A stretch of DNA of 64,000 bases from Lophium mytilinum (taxonomy: Eukaryota), in assembly GCA_010093605.1 (NCBI GenBank), contig MU004184.1, positions 1,188,801 through 1,252,800 of the forward strand. The letters are read 5' to 3'. The notes beneath the pieces were generated by a model. That model was not told the DNA's origin. It was given only the letters and a program-made list of their open reading frames with translations, and searched no databases. A program made the translations under genes and the position numbers. Within the stretch, counting starts at the first letter, position 1. Each line of letters begins with the position of its first letter. This document shows positions 1-13,411 of the stretch, piece after piece.

Positions 1-1236
1 TATAAGATTATAAAAAGCTTCTATTTCTACTATTATAGAGAAATATATTGCCTCTTTAGAAACTTCTTTTATAACTATTAATATTGCGTGCACCTTTATA
101 GTTATAGGCTAGTATTAATAGTCTAGTATTAATAAATTATAGTAAAGAGTTAGTATTATTATTTAGAATTATAGATAGAGAAGTCTCTAGTAGCTTTAGT
201 ATATTAGTATAAGGGTTAATTACTATTAAAGGCCGTATTTAAAGAGATCTATAGTAGACTAATAGATTTAATTAGTAGAAATATTAACTAATATTAGAGG
301 ATTTAACTTAAGTTACTTTAACTAGGCACGATCTAGAAATTAATATTTAGCCTAACTATATTAATAAGATATTTACTATTAAAGATAATATAATTATAGT
401 ATTTCCGGGTTTAGGTTTAGTATTTTTAGCTATTAGAGTGGCAAACTAGAACTATAATCTCGTTCGCGGGTTAGTTCTAGCGAGATAGGATAAGAAGTAT
501 TATAGAAGGGTGGCCTTTTTCCAATTATATAGTAAGTAGAGTGCTACTATAATAGTAGACTAGCGAGTAGAAGCTATATATATTAAGTAGTATAAACTAT
601 TATAATAAATTTATTCTAGAATCTATAACCTTTTAGTTAATAATATATCTAGAATATAAGTTAAATTAAAGGCTTTTAAATAATACTATATTTAGCACTA
701 AATAAAAGGGTTTATAGGATTAAGAGGCTATTAAAATTATAAATTTTAGTGGGGTATAAAGGCCTATTATATAGTAAATAAACTATATAACCTAGTATAG
801 CTACTTAAAAAGAGACTTTATATAAGATTACTTTGCAGGTTAATATTTATCGCTGTTTTTAAGTTAAATCTACCCTTAGCATACACCCGACTAGGCTAGT
901 TAATAGTAGACAGCCTTTGCGAATAGTTGTCCTATGTAAGAGGCTGTCCTATGTAAGTGGACAGCCTCTGCTTAAATTTTTAGACCTAGTAGACATTCAT
1001 CTGCCTTAGCGGTCCTGGAAATGGGACCCTGCGTGAGAGGGTGAACCGCAACCCGGAAGGGGGGAGTCTATTTTCAGGCCCTTAAGCGGAACAGGGACTA
1101 TAAAATCTAAAAATAGTTATAGAGTAATTAGAAAGTACTTAAGGATAAATAACACCGTGTGGAATGTAAACCATAAAAATTACAGGTGTAAAAAAGGTTT
1201 AATAAAGTCAATATTGTCGCATTTGTACAATAAGTC
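1..1236. mobile_element. RIP-degraded transposable element relic(s), continuing off the left edge
   Basis: Very AT-rich, dense in TA/TAG/TAA and visibly poor in CA/TG, with no ORFs. It ends abruptly inside a HET coding sequence. Family not identifiable. Confidence 0.75.
928..970. repeat. Nested direct and inverted repeat, possible DNA-transposon terminal repeat
   Basis: TGTCCTATGTAAG at 928-940 and 945-957; perfect 11-bp inverted pair AGAGGCTGTCC (939-949) / GGACAGCCTCT (959-969). Confidence 0.55.
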
Positions 1237-2619
1237 TGTATCAACAAAATAAGCAGCTCCGAGTTATCGGAGTCCATAAATTCGATGTATCAATGGTATA
1301 AGAACGCCAGCGATCGTTTTGTGTACTTGAGCGATGTGACGACCGAGATTGAGGAGCCGTGGCGCGCGGGTGTGGAGAACGTTGAACACGAGTCACTACC
1401 GTCGGTCTATCAACAGTTTGCCGAAAGCCAGTGGTTCACAAGAGGTTGGACTCTTCAAGAGCTTATTGCACCGAAGCGCGTCCTTTTCTACGATACAAAG
1501 TGGCAGTCCCTCGGCAGGAAAGAGATATTGCTTGATCCGCTTGCCCAGATAACAGGGGTGGACTTCTATGTTCTAGAAGGGATACGCGACCCTTCATCCG
1601 TGAGCGTGGCGAAGAGGATGTCTTGGGCATCAGCAAGAGAGACGGCTAGAGAGGAGGATATGGCGTACTGTCTGCTCGGCCTATTCGATGTCAACATGCC
1701 AATGCTCTATGGGGAAGGAAAGAAGGCGTTCGTGAGATTACAAGAAGAGATCTTGAAGACCTCCGATGATCACTCCATATTCGCATGGACTATGTTTTCC
1801 CCGGAGGACGAGTACAGTTTCAATGGGCTTTTGGCGGAGTCACCAGCTGCCTTCAGCAAATCGTCTTCCATTGAATCCCTTGATCACACGAATATCGGCG
1901 ATTACGGAGATCACGAGTATAGCATGACGAACAAGGGATTGAAAATTACCCTTCAATTGATACCGTGGGGCGTAGACGTATATCTTGCTCCTTTGCGGTG
2001 CCACGGGGGGGGATCTTCCGGGCCTTTGTACATATTCTTGTTCGATCTAAAGGCGCCCCGAGACCGATTCTTAAGGATGAGGGTACTAGGAGAGAGTTGG
2101 ACAAGCCTAAGGGACGCGACGAAGGCCGAGGAGAAGAGGACCGGCGAGATCAGGAGGGACTTTTGGAAGATCGAGGAGAAAACTATATACATCCCAAGAA
2201 AAGGTGGCAACTCAGGTCGATTCTCCTTCTACGGATTCTGGATTCGAAGCATCAGAAATGCTGGCATCATCGAAGTGTATCCGGAAGAGCGCTGGGATTC
2301 CACAGAAGATATTTTGAAAATGCCGCCAGGTCCAGGAATCGTTACCGGGGTGTTACTCTGTGGCGACGAGCATGTAAAATTCACTGTCCTTCTAGGATTC
2401 AGAGAAGACTCCCAGCCATTTATCTGCATACGGCGAGCGGATAGTGCCGATCCGAGATTCGCATTCGAGAATGTTCCCGAATATGAGCCCAAGAGATGGA
2501 GCATGGTCACGTATCTTGACTACTACCGCAAGATCGCTGCAGAAGGAGTTATCGAAAGGCCCTCGAACGATGGCAATCATTTCAGATATGCCGTTGATAT
2601 CAGGTTGGTCTCGATTTGA
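1237..2619 (+). pseudogene. HET-domain (heterokaryon incompatibility) protein, 5'-truncated
   Basis: Frame reads CINKISSSELSESINSMYQWY...WFTRGWTLQELIAP...SVAKRMSWASARETAREEDMAYCLLGLFDVNMPMLYGEGKKAFVRLQEEILK, which are HET hallmarks. The N-terminal YAILSHTW/WIDTC segment is absent and there is an in-frame TAA at 1231-1233. Confidence 0.8.
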
Positions 2620-2694
2620 TGTATTTTAGGAAATTTCATGAATATAGAACTCAAATACTAACACTACCCTTTACTTTCTTCCGAATCTGCGACA

Positions 2695-4254
2695 TCAAGT
2701 CCTTCGATTTCTCTTCAGCTTGGCCTCAACAATCGCCTGTGCACCCACAGCAAATGGCCACACTTCACAGGCTCTAAGCCAGCCGCATCTAGAATCCTCT
2801 CAAACTCCTTCCTCGTCTTCTCTTTTCCAGTTAGCATCATCATCATAAAGTCCATCCAATACAACATAGAATTATCCCCCAAGTGAGTCTTATCAGGAAC
2901 CACAAAATCACCAATCAGAAGCCTAGACTCAGAGTCCATTGCGCTTGCGATGTTCTTCACAATGTCGATGCACGCGGGCTCATAGAAGCCGTGGAGAATC
3001 CGGCGGAGCAGATAGGCGTGTGCGCCTATCGAACGTCCCACTTAGTGATATTCCGAGAAGATTGTGGATGATGTCAATACGCATCTTTGACAGGCTGTGG
3101 AGTGAAGAAATCGTGCTCCATCTTGTCACTATTCGGGATATCCTTGCCCGATATCGTGGCTAGGACGTCGGGCTGTCTTGGAGTGTCAGCTTAGCGCCGA
3201 AGCCAGCTGATGCGTCTTTCTGAATCGACATGAGGATTTGGCCTCTTCCGCCGCCGACGTCGACGATGAAGGGTCTCTTTGGTGAGACTTCGACTTGTGA
3301 TCTGAGAGAGGTGAAGGGGAACATGCCTAGAATTGGCATTTGCTGGTCCATTTGTACGAGAGTCTAGGGAGTGTTGACGTCAATAGACGCTGAGAATATG
3401 ATGTAATTCGGAAAGCCATTTTGGCTGATCTGGTGTTGTGCAGCTTGAGGTGCTCTCACCTGGTTGAACATATGAAGTCTATCTGGGTCATCTGAGATGA
3501 CCTGGTAGTAGGTCATACCTTCATGGTCGAGGGCATGTGGGTATGGACTTCTTCTGAGATCAAAGAGATCTTCCTTGGTATGGGTTTTGAAATAGTCGGG
3601 TAGCTTTCTCACCACGAGGTCTTGATGTAGTCTAGTAAAAAGTCAACGACTCTACCTAGAAGACGGCCAAGCATATGACTTGCAGAGCAGAGCAGTTCTA
3701 CTGCTAAGTAAATCAAACTCACACCATTTGGAAAACCAATTGCTGGTGCCCGTGATGTACGCAAGTGATTTGGCGCTATGACCATAGGCATCCATCTCTG
3801 GCTCCTCGGCGATACCATGCACGCAAACTACTCTCATGGCCCGAGCTAATGGAAGTAAACCTTTAGAGGACTATAGACAGCAAGCCGTTCATCCCGGAAC
3901 TACTCACTGATCACGGATTCATCAATATCAACCGCATTCGCAAGCTCTTGCGATGTAATGGTACCCTCAATAGGGATCTGGTGGAAGGCGCCAGTAGAAA
4001 CGAGGAGGTTCAAAGCAGCTGTAGTATGTGCCTGAAAACCAATCGTTACTCTACTGTGGTATCTCGGCCTAGGAACCCATTCTCACGTTATCCCACTGCC
4101 TCAAAATTGGATCCATAGATCCTTCCAGCATCAACCGCAACTTGTCCAATTGCTTCAGCATCGCCGTTCGAGTAGAGTGATCGCTCCTGTTCTCCTTTGC
4201 CGTGGCCAAGAACTGCTCCGCCATCTTCACTAGTTCCGAATTGTTTGTAGCCAT
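2695..4254 (-). pseudogene. SAM-dependent O-methyltransferase (secondary-metabolism type) pseudogene
   Basis: VDVGGGRG SAM motif, HDFFTPQPVK and RRILH motifs across exons. One-base deletions near 3172 (QD-PDVL) and 2761 (VK-WPFAVGAQAIVEAKL), donor ATGCGT instead of GT at 3084, and ILHG in place of ILHD. Confidence 0.85.
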
Positions 4255-4899
4255 TGCTGGCCTTGCGAACACACCGGGATTTTGGAGGCTTAGGAAGTGG
4301 TTGTATGGTTGTAGTAGATACCAAACAATTGAGAGGATACTTGATCGTGAGGAAGCACAAACTATTTGGCTTTAAGGTTCTTATGTTTATTGCAAGTGAA
4401 ATGTGTGAACTGTAGGATGCTTGAAGGGCAGAAAGGTACCGCGGGGTTTGGGACGCTGTCGCAGGTATATTAGCCGCGGACATGGGCTGATTCGTTTTCT
4501 CTCATACCTGAGCCTGTTACGTTGCTCCAATACTCGTACAGGGAGCGACCTCTGACAAGGATGTGACGTGAAATTTTAGAATGTAGAGGTAGACATTCGT
4601 AGTAAATCTTGGATGATGTGGCTAAAGTAATCACCCTTCCAGAAATCAAACACCAAGATCAAGTGCATGTCAGCAAGTCGGTTCGTGTGATACAGTCTTC
4701 TGCATGCTACACGGCCGGCGCAGCCACCATGCGGTTACAGTATTCGGGATGACAACAGAAAGTTCAATACGTTGTGAGCACCCCCTCGGTCCAAGATGGT
4801 AGACGCCGCAAATGAACCAGAGAAAGAAGAAGATATATGAACTCGCTCTCTACCCATAATCGTAAATCATCACTGTATCAAAAGTTGGATCTTACGGTA

Positions 4900-6674
4900 T
4901 CAAGGTTTTGACTCGCCTACCCTAAGGTCGATGTGAGTTACCTCTAGTGTCTCCATGTCCAGCAACACAATAATTCCGGTCTCGGAATACTTTGGAACGG
5001 AGATCAATGTGACTGTTTGCTGGAAGGGTCCCGATTCCGTTCTGACTTCAAATTTTGGCATGTTGCCCGCGAAGTATACGTGAGGACATTCTTTGACAAT
5101 CAGAGGGTCATCGTCTTGGAAAGGATAACACCCTATAATGGTTATTAGCATTGCCATTTCTGTAGCCCTTTGCCAAGCCCCTCGGCATGGGATTATATGG
5201 GATGAAGTTACATGTAAGAGAAATGATAGGGCAAACAGAAAATACATACACAACGTATCTGGAGCAGTCGGTGCGATGCACCTCCACCTCAACATCGCGT
5301 CCATAATGTCGAGAGTGGAATCGACGTCCAAGTATTTTTGCACATCTGTGACTGTTTGACCTCCAGTCCCTAAAAACCTCCAACCATCGATATCCCCTTC
5401 CCATGGATTGGAAACGCTGTCGAAGCCGAGGTGTGGGTCGTTTTTAAATGCAGGCGAATTCGCTAAGGCGCGACTTTGAGGGAATAAGGCCGCGTGTAAA
5501 GGTTGTTGTGGAATTGCTACGCTGGCGGGATCTGTAACACCGGGGAGTAGAGTGACTGGGAGAGTTGGTAGAATATCACTTAAAAACGTGTCTAAGCGTG
5601 CCGTGGGAGACGCATCGTATGCCGCAGAATCGTATCCATACTTCTTGTGACCTTTCTTTGCGGAAACCTCTTCGCGGGATGGTATAGGAGAAGAGTGAGC
5701 CAGGCTGCCACCAGCAAGTATGAGGCGACTGATCTTCTTGCTCCCTTCTGGTCTTGATGGGTCTGAGCTTTCTCCAATTAAGTATTCCGTAAGCATATCA
5801 AGGGCTAGATCATTGCCAGAGTCCCCGGCAATTTCCAGTCCACTGATTATAGCAATTCTGTCGGCCCTTGCTCTCCTTTGCTTGATTTTTCCTCCTGACA
5901 AAGCCAGGTTCGCATCGTCTTTTTCCCATCTCTCAGGCTGTCGGGGTAAGTCCGCGTATTTGGTGTCAATGACATTGAAGACCCCGTCGATGTTTTCGTG
6001 GCCCAGGATCGCAATCACACAGCCCGTAACAAGGCCAAGGGTGTCCAGACTATCGCCACTAATTTGCAATCGCCCAGACTCATCCTCAATCATCATGTCA
6101 AGCTTGCCATCGGTAGTATATCTTTCACGGGTTGGGGGCGCTGATATCCAGTGCTGGTCTGGGCGTTAGCTGAAGTCTTCTAAACAGATTTGAAAGACTC
6201 ACGTCTTTCGAGATATCGTCTAGGACGTTTGGTTTCAGAGGCATATCGACAAAAACCGTTCCAACCACCCAGCTAGGTATGCCTTGTCGTACGTCAAGAA
6301 CCCGATCCACATGCTGCGGAGTATCTGTTCCTATCTACAGAGCGACTTGATCAGTCTGAATTCTTCTTCTGGCTCAAGAGCTGGGCGTGGTGAATTCACC
6401 TTCATATTACCCCATGCCTCCTCGGCCTGCTCCTCGACGGCCGGCTTCAGCTGAGCCAGCCGCAGGAAGTACATGTCTGCATATTGCTGTTGGTAGTGCT
6501 TATCTGCGCCTCTCGGAAGGTCGAAGGTGTGGAGGGGAGTATAGGCGGATTGGGACCGCTCGTTCGTGGGGAAGTCTGTTTCGCTGGCGCAGAGTTAAGC
6601 TTGAGTCTATAGAGGGACGTGCGTGCAACTTACAATGGCGAGCATTGCCTGAAATCACCGCTTCCGTCGGCCAT
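4900..6674 (-). CDS. POL31: DNA polymerase delta small (B) subunit, multi-exon
   Basis: YQQQYADMYFLRL, MPLKPNVLDDISKD, IEDESGRLQ, PQQPLH, APTAPDTLWCYPFQDDDP and CPHVYFAGN motifs; GT-AG introns including 5249-5133. Confidence 0.95.
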
Positions 6675-7177
6675 AGCTACTGTTGCAAACTAGAGTACAG
6701 CGTTGTGGGATTGGCATAGTAGTGTGGGGTGTAAATGTTCATGGTCGACGCGCGAAATCACTTTACGCGATGCGCGTCAAACGCAGGGGTCCCAAAATTC
6801 CAATCAGTGGCCCAATCACGAGTCTTGATAGTTAAATAATTTACTGAGTTTGACCACGACAGACGTTCGTTATCAGACAGGCGGTGAATACAGCGTGACG
6901 TTTGTTGGAAGTGGTTTAATCTACATATTACTGGGACGATGAACGGTAATAGGTACTCTTCTTCACTACTGAGGCCGCAAGATAACGATTGTATAAGAAG
7001 GATATCATTAACACATGTAACGCTTCAACGTCTTCCAGAAAGCACACGCCCTGGATAGCGTGACCAAAAACCATCATAGCTCATTATATCCTGGCATCAA
7101 AACACACCACCTTCAAAATCCTCCGAAATGACCATCGTCCATAACATCCCAGGTATCAAGTATATAAGCATCGAACC

Positions 7178-7441
7178 CTACTTTCCCTCACCCGCATTCT
7201 TCACTCCTTTTGCAATATCTTGACCTCCCTTCTCCACTCCCGTTGCCGCATCTGCAAGCCCTCTTGCCACGGGTCGTCCAGCGCTGCCCGTCGCACCCTC
7301 CAAAGTCTCGCCCAGGCCACGGCCAGCGGCGCCGACTATGCCACCCACTGTGTTGGTGAGGCCCCCGACAGTGTTGCCGACGGTTGAGGTGACGAACTTG
7401 ACACCGGACGTGACGCCGGATTCTTGCTGGCCGATGGGCAT
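7178..7441 (-). CDS. Small Gly/Thr/Val-rich hypothetical protein (87 aa)
   Basis: Single-exon ORF with repetitive TVGG/VGG amphipathic pattern, good start context, upstream TATA-like TATAAAG on the minus strand near 7590. Confidence 0.7.
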   Translation of the reverse strand: MPIGQQESGVTSGVKFVTSTVGNTVGGLTNTVGGIVGAAGRGLGETLEGATGSAGRPVARGLADAATGVEKGGQDIAKGVKNAGEGK

Positions 7442-8514
7442 GATGTAAGGTGGTGGATCGGTTTAGAAATGGGTTTGTTGTGGGAGTTTATGGTTCTCTG
7501 ATAGGAGAAGACTCTGTTTGAGGTAGTGCGTAGTGTAGATGGTTTGATCTGGGTCTAAAGAATAGCTAGTCATATTTCCTAACCGTCTTTATATCTCCAC
7601 CACCACATCTGAAACAACATGACGTCACACTAGATCCCGTGTGAACCAGGGTGCGAGTGCTGCAGCAAGATCCCAGCCACGATGCGCGTTGCCAAGGTTG
7701 CGGGATCGGATCGCGGGCTTAAGATTGGTGTGCGCAGGGTCTTGCGCTAGAAGTGCAACGTCAGGCGTTCGGGCCTTGAGTTTGGGTTTGGTGGATGACC
7801 AGGGTAAGTGGAGGTGGTGGTAGAGCCGTGATACTGGAGGGGCGCGGACGCTTCTGACGATGGGGATGCATTTCTGTCAAGCAGTTGGCAGTGGTCTTTC
7901 AGAGGACGATGAACAGCAAAGCTTGGGCGACGATTGGACGACAACACTGACAATTTCGTTTGAGCGTGGGCTTAGCTATCGAATGACTGAACGGCTTGAC
8001 TACAGTATCTTCCATTCCCATGCCACCAGGCTGGCTTCGGACGCGTGAGTAAAAGACAGCAAATAGAGTGATTCATGACCTTGTTGGCGGTCAGTACGGC
8101 TGTACACTGGGTGAAGGATATAATTGCTCGAATGTGTCCCGTCAGGTTGTATCCAGAACGCACGCTTTCGAGGATCGATTTTCAGAATTAGGATATCAAG
8201 GCAAAGCTTTAGGGAAAAGAAAAGTGAGCTCAAAAACTACTCGAAAGCATGTGTTTCCGAAACGACCTACAATACAGCTGCTGTTGCTTGTCTCAGGGAA
8301 CTCTCAGTAGGTGCCCCGACTCTTTGGCCGGTAAAGTTTGTGGCGGCTTCAGTATACACACTCAGTATACTGGCCCATGCTGGATGCATATTGCGGGCTA
8401 CGCTAAGAAGGACCTATGTTGATCTATGATGGACCTGTAGCTGAGGCAAGTAAGATCCATGGAGCGTCATCCTGGCTCATGTTGAGGGAAACCAACCTCA
8501 ATCTAGGTTGCAGA

Positions 8515-9546
8515 TTACAAACCTACTTTATCTTGTAGAAATTTGACAATGTCATCAATTTCCTCAGGCTCCTTCCACCAATGCCCAAACTCATAAGTTT
8601 TCCACGTGATAGGTACTTGAAGCCGTTCAAAAATGCCGTAGGCTTGCTTCCCCATATGAAGACGAACCTTGTCGTCCTTTGTACCATGGCCGAGAAAGAC
8701 GGGAGTTTCTGAAAATGATGGTGCTAAATGGCCGTCCAGAGGTAGCGTCGGAATGTCGCAGATGTCCCTCGCAAAATTCGCAGCACGAAGTTGTTGTTTC
8801 AACAGAGTGTCTTCATCTTTCCCTTCACTATCTCCGAAGGGATCATTGTCCTCTACATTATCGTATGGCCACGTTTCGGCCTCAATATCTCTGGCCAGAG
8901 GTAGCCATCCACTCATACCGATGAACGCTCCAAAGGGCAACGAACCCTGCGATTTGGTCAGAATTTCTACCACCTCCGCTTGGCTCGACGGCACGTCGTG
9001 TGAGCTGAGCAAGACATGTAGCCCTATAGCACAGCCCTGGCTTAAACCAACAAGAACCACATTATTCGCCCCAACAAGCGCTGCCTGCTCTTGTATCAAA
9101 CTCCGAATGATTGCGCTGCTTTCCCGCAATCCATCATACATGATCTCTTGCCTCTTGGTAGGGTCGTCGAGCGAATAGTTGTCGAACCATTGGTTTATCC
9201 AGGCTCGGTTGTAGAGGGCAGCCCGACGTTTCTTTGCTGTGAGAAATACGAGCTTGACTCCTGGAAAGCACTCTTGGAGGGTGTGGCCAGAAGAAGTACG
9301 GGCTGATGAGAATTTAGGGCCGAAGTCATGGGCATTACTACCCCGGCCATGCAGTACGATGAATGTGTGTGTATGCGTTGTTTTCGATGGTACGATGAGG
9401 GGTTTGGAGTCGTCTCGAGGGGCGTCAAAGGAGCTTTGAGGTGACGAAGACGCTATAGCTGCAGGTGTTCTGCGGCGGAAGCTGCTCACCATGTCCGTTA
9501 GTATCTCAGGTTCATACTCCGATTGTCTCTCAACTGGCTGCGGCAT
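8515..9546 (-). CDS. Phospholipase/carboxylesterase (acyl-protein thioesterase-like alpha/beta hydrolase)
   Basis: IVLHGRGS, QWFD, GLSQG nucleophile elbow, GMSGWLP, FLGHGTKDDKV and GHW catalytic motifs. Confidence 0.9.
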   Translation of the reverse strand: MPQPVERQSEYEPEILTDMVSSFRRRTPAAIASSSPQSSFDAPRDDSKPLIVPSKTTHTHTFIVLHGRGSNAHDFGPKFSSARTSSGHTLQECFPGVKLVFLTAKKRRAALYNRAWINQWFDNYSLDDPTKRQEIMYDGLRESSAIIRSLIQEQAALVGANNVVLVGLSQGCAIGLHVLLSSHDVPSSQAEVVEILTKSQGSLPFGAFIGMSGWLPLARDIEAETWPYDNVEDNDPFGDSEGKDEDTLLKQQLRAANFARDICDIPTLPLDGHLAPSFSETPVFLGHGTKDDKVRLHMGKQAYGIFERLQVPITWKTYEFGHWWKEPEEIDDIVKFLQDKVGL

Positions 9547-10238
9547 TTTCGAAGCAGCTTGTATCTGGGGATATTGTGGTTGACAGGTGATCTAGAATAG
9601 CTCGGCATCTCTCCACAACGTAGGTATCCGCTAGTCCCAAAACTCTCCCGCTAAACGTTGGACTTCGAAACCTAACATCCTCGTAGCTTTTAACCCCTGA
9701 CACAACACTCGAAGGTAATCAGAGATGCTAGCTCCAAGCTTAACTGTCCATGTATGTACCTAAAGACATAAGCTACCACCAGTATTGAAATAGGCCTTCG
9801 AAAATTTGCAGCACCATCATATCATGTCTGAAAGTAGTTGCTGGATTTAGCAGAGTGACAAAAGCACTCCTGTACCCTTCCCCCTCCTGCCCTCCATCGA
9901 CGTCAGTCGATTTGTCGAATTCAAAACAGCGTACAATCGCTTGGCGATTTCTCCCGCACCCTCCACTTGAGAGGGAATACTCCGTGAATGACTCAGGAGT
10001 AGGAGATTGATTACTATGCAAATTCAATAAAGCGGTGGCAATGTGCTGAATATGAGCGCCGTCGACCAAAGCCCCTCTGGAGTATCCCGCGAGCTAGAAT
10101 GAGGAACTTAATTTGGGTTCGAGTATGGATTGACACACCTGCCGCTATTTCCCACTCTTGCAAAACGCCTGACGCCTAAATCACCTACGGGATATGCCAT
10201 ATGAATCGTAATTCGCATCATGATGTTGTCGAGGCCGC

Positions 10239-11133
10239 CTAGAAAGCAATTCTCCTCTTTCGCCCGGTATACTTCGAATTTGTCTTCACCACCTTGCCTT
10301 TCCTCTCCATCTGTTCTTTCTTCCTCATGATCCATCCCTTACTACCTTTGGCCTCCTCACCCCTCTTCCTCCCCTTCGTCCTTCTCCGACTATCCATCAC
10401 ATCCACCCCCTCCATACCCCTCACTACACCCGTGATATCCCCGTCTAGCTCGCCGCCTCCAACTGTCAGCACGAGATATGTCTTGGCGCTCTTGGTCCCA
10501 GGGTCATCTTCCAGAAGACCAGCCCCAAAACCAGCTCTTACTGCGGCACTCGACACCATCTTCTTCTGTTCGTCGTTCTTCGGGTAGAATTGGCATACTG
10601 CGCGTCCACCTCTCCGTAAGCTAGCATAGAGGCCATTGAAAAACCGCGATAGCCGTCCAGCAGGTGACTCCTCAGTCGACTCCGCATTGCACAGCCATTG
10701 CACCGCCGATATACTGATCGCAGCATCGAATGTTCCAGGGCGGAAAGGTACGCCCTGCCCCGCATCTGCGAGAAACAGATCTCCTTCCACCTCCTTTTCC
10801 AAGGCAACTGCGAGCATAGAGGAGGATATGTCGAGGCCAATCCAGGTATGTGGTCCGCCGGGGTTCGTCTCCGGGGAGAAAGTAGATAGAATTTCGCCGC
10901 TAAGGCCGGAGCCGCAGCCGATGTCGAGGATGAGGCTAGGGCTGCGGAGGGAGAGAAGGGAGAGGGCGCGGTGGGTCATCTGGGACTGGATGTGCTGTAT
11001 TCGAGAGGAAGTGGTGTATTTGCGGGACTCGGAATCATTGTAGAAGAGATCTGGGGGGCTGTTTGAGGGAATCAGTGAGGTTCTCGACCGCGATAGACTT
11101 TGAAGCATACAGCGTGTCTTCGGGGCGCGACAT
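10239..11133 (-). CDS. BUD23: 18S rRNA m7G methyltransferase Bud23/WBSCR22
   Basis: Start MSRPEDTL at 11133, one intron (GTATGC at 11110), then PPDLFYND, ILDIGCGSGLSG, AISISAVQWLCNA and C-terminal SKYTGRKRRIAF. Confidence 0.95.
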
Positions 11134-11447
11134 GATTGCGGAGGTGAGCGGAGGTCGTGGAGGTTCAGAATCTGCATGCGAGCTGGAGCAGATGCAGCTG
11201 TCGCACTGAGGACGGTATTACGAAGCACTAGTTCGACAATTGTAGCTGCGGCTGTTCTAGTTGCGTATAGCATGTTCTGTATCGAAGAGTCGAAGTGTTG
11301 CGGGGCCATCTTTTTTCCGCGAAATAGTCGTGCGGTGAAGATCCCCCACGAACGTCATGTGAGCCATGACTCGCGCGCAATATGCCACCTGGCTCTGACC
11401 TCATTCCTCTTTGCATTGCGGGCCTCAAGCTTCATAACTCAACAGCT

Positions 11448-12375
<928 letters not shown>

Positions 12376-13288
12376 GGACGTGCAGAGGAGTTTGATGGAA
12401 ACAATTAAAAGTGCTGCAATCCCGTATCTCTTGGGGTTTGTATAATGATTTATGTAAGGATATACCGATACACGATTAACTTAGCGACCGGGGGTTGCAA
12501 TTCTACTGGAAGTCCACCCCGATAGGCTTGTAAAACTCTAAGTGCGATGTAAAGGACGATACATATAATGTTAGACTGCCTTTGGACCTCGCTAACACAT
12601 ACTATCTGCGTGCTCCTTGCAGCGGCGGTGGGCAGGCAAAACTACAGGTGTAACAGTTGTATATCCGTCGGCCTAAGCTCAAAAGCTCGTAGGTACTCCT
12701 TGTGCGATGTGAAAGACGATGTGGAGTATATCAGACTCCCTTTCAACCTGGCCAACACGTGCTAGCTAGGGTACTCCCTACAGTGTTGTTGAGCGAGCAA
12801 GACCGAAGCTGGCAGCGTGTTCAAGCCAAAGTGGTTTTATATCCGTGCGCCCAGGCTTCCACTCAAAATACAGGAGTGACTGGAGGAAGGAGTTGAGGAT
12901 TCTTAACGGTGGGGCAAGTAAGGGCAATTAGACGCAAGGTTAGGTCATGTTGCAGTGAAGCTATATTTATTCCGCCCTTCACGACGTACCAAAGTACTCT
13001 GGGGTGGCTGTTAGGGCTATTGGAACTGGATCTGAGTGGTGAAGGACGAGGAGTGGGACGTAAAGGGGATCTGCATCGAAGACGTGAAAGGCGCAAGTGT
13101 TATTGTTGAAGCTTTCGACAAGTAGGCGTAGGTTGTGGCAACGCCGAGTATAACCGTGGTGAGTGGGCTTTGCTAGAGTGGCTGGCTGATATGTGAATGA
13201 TGTACGGCAGTCTAAGGTATGAACCATAGGAGGATATAATAATGGTACATAATGATCTTTATTTTCTTGAGTTTTCAATCTTAGGTGT

Positions 13289-13411
13289 GGACCAATAGTA
13301 CTGCTCTATTGCGCCACGCACCAACCTGAGACCAAAAAACCCAAAACCTAAAACAAGGGGTGCGGAGAGATTACAACTAGTACTGTTCTAGTTCGAATCC
13401 AGCTTCGGTCC
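13289..13411 (+). other. Degenerate tRNA-like / Pol III-type element
   Basis: T-loop/B-box GTTCGAATCC at 13391-13400, ends GGACCAA / TCGGTCC can pair, internal CGCACC/GGTGCG stem, T-runs downstream. D-arm is poor. Confidence 0.3.

Noticed and set aside
780..855. Resemblance of AGAGACTTTATATAAG to the repeat at ~26552
   Set aside because: Short match between two TA-rich RIP products; likely compositional convergence.
5133..5249. 39-aa hydrophobic insertion in the POL31 ORF translation
   Set aside because: It is a 117-nt stop-free intron (GTATGT..GCTAAT..TAG); removal restores DTLWCYPF.
11134..11309. N-terminal extension of BUD23 in the ORF track
   Set aside because: The conserved start MSRPEDTL is at 11133 in a separate exon; the extension is read-through of UTR and intron.
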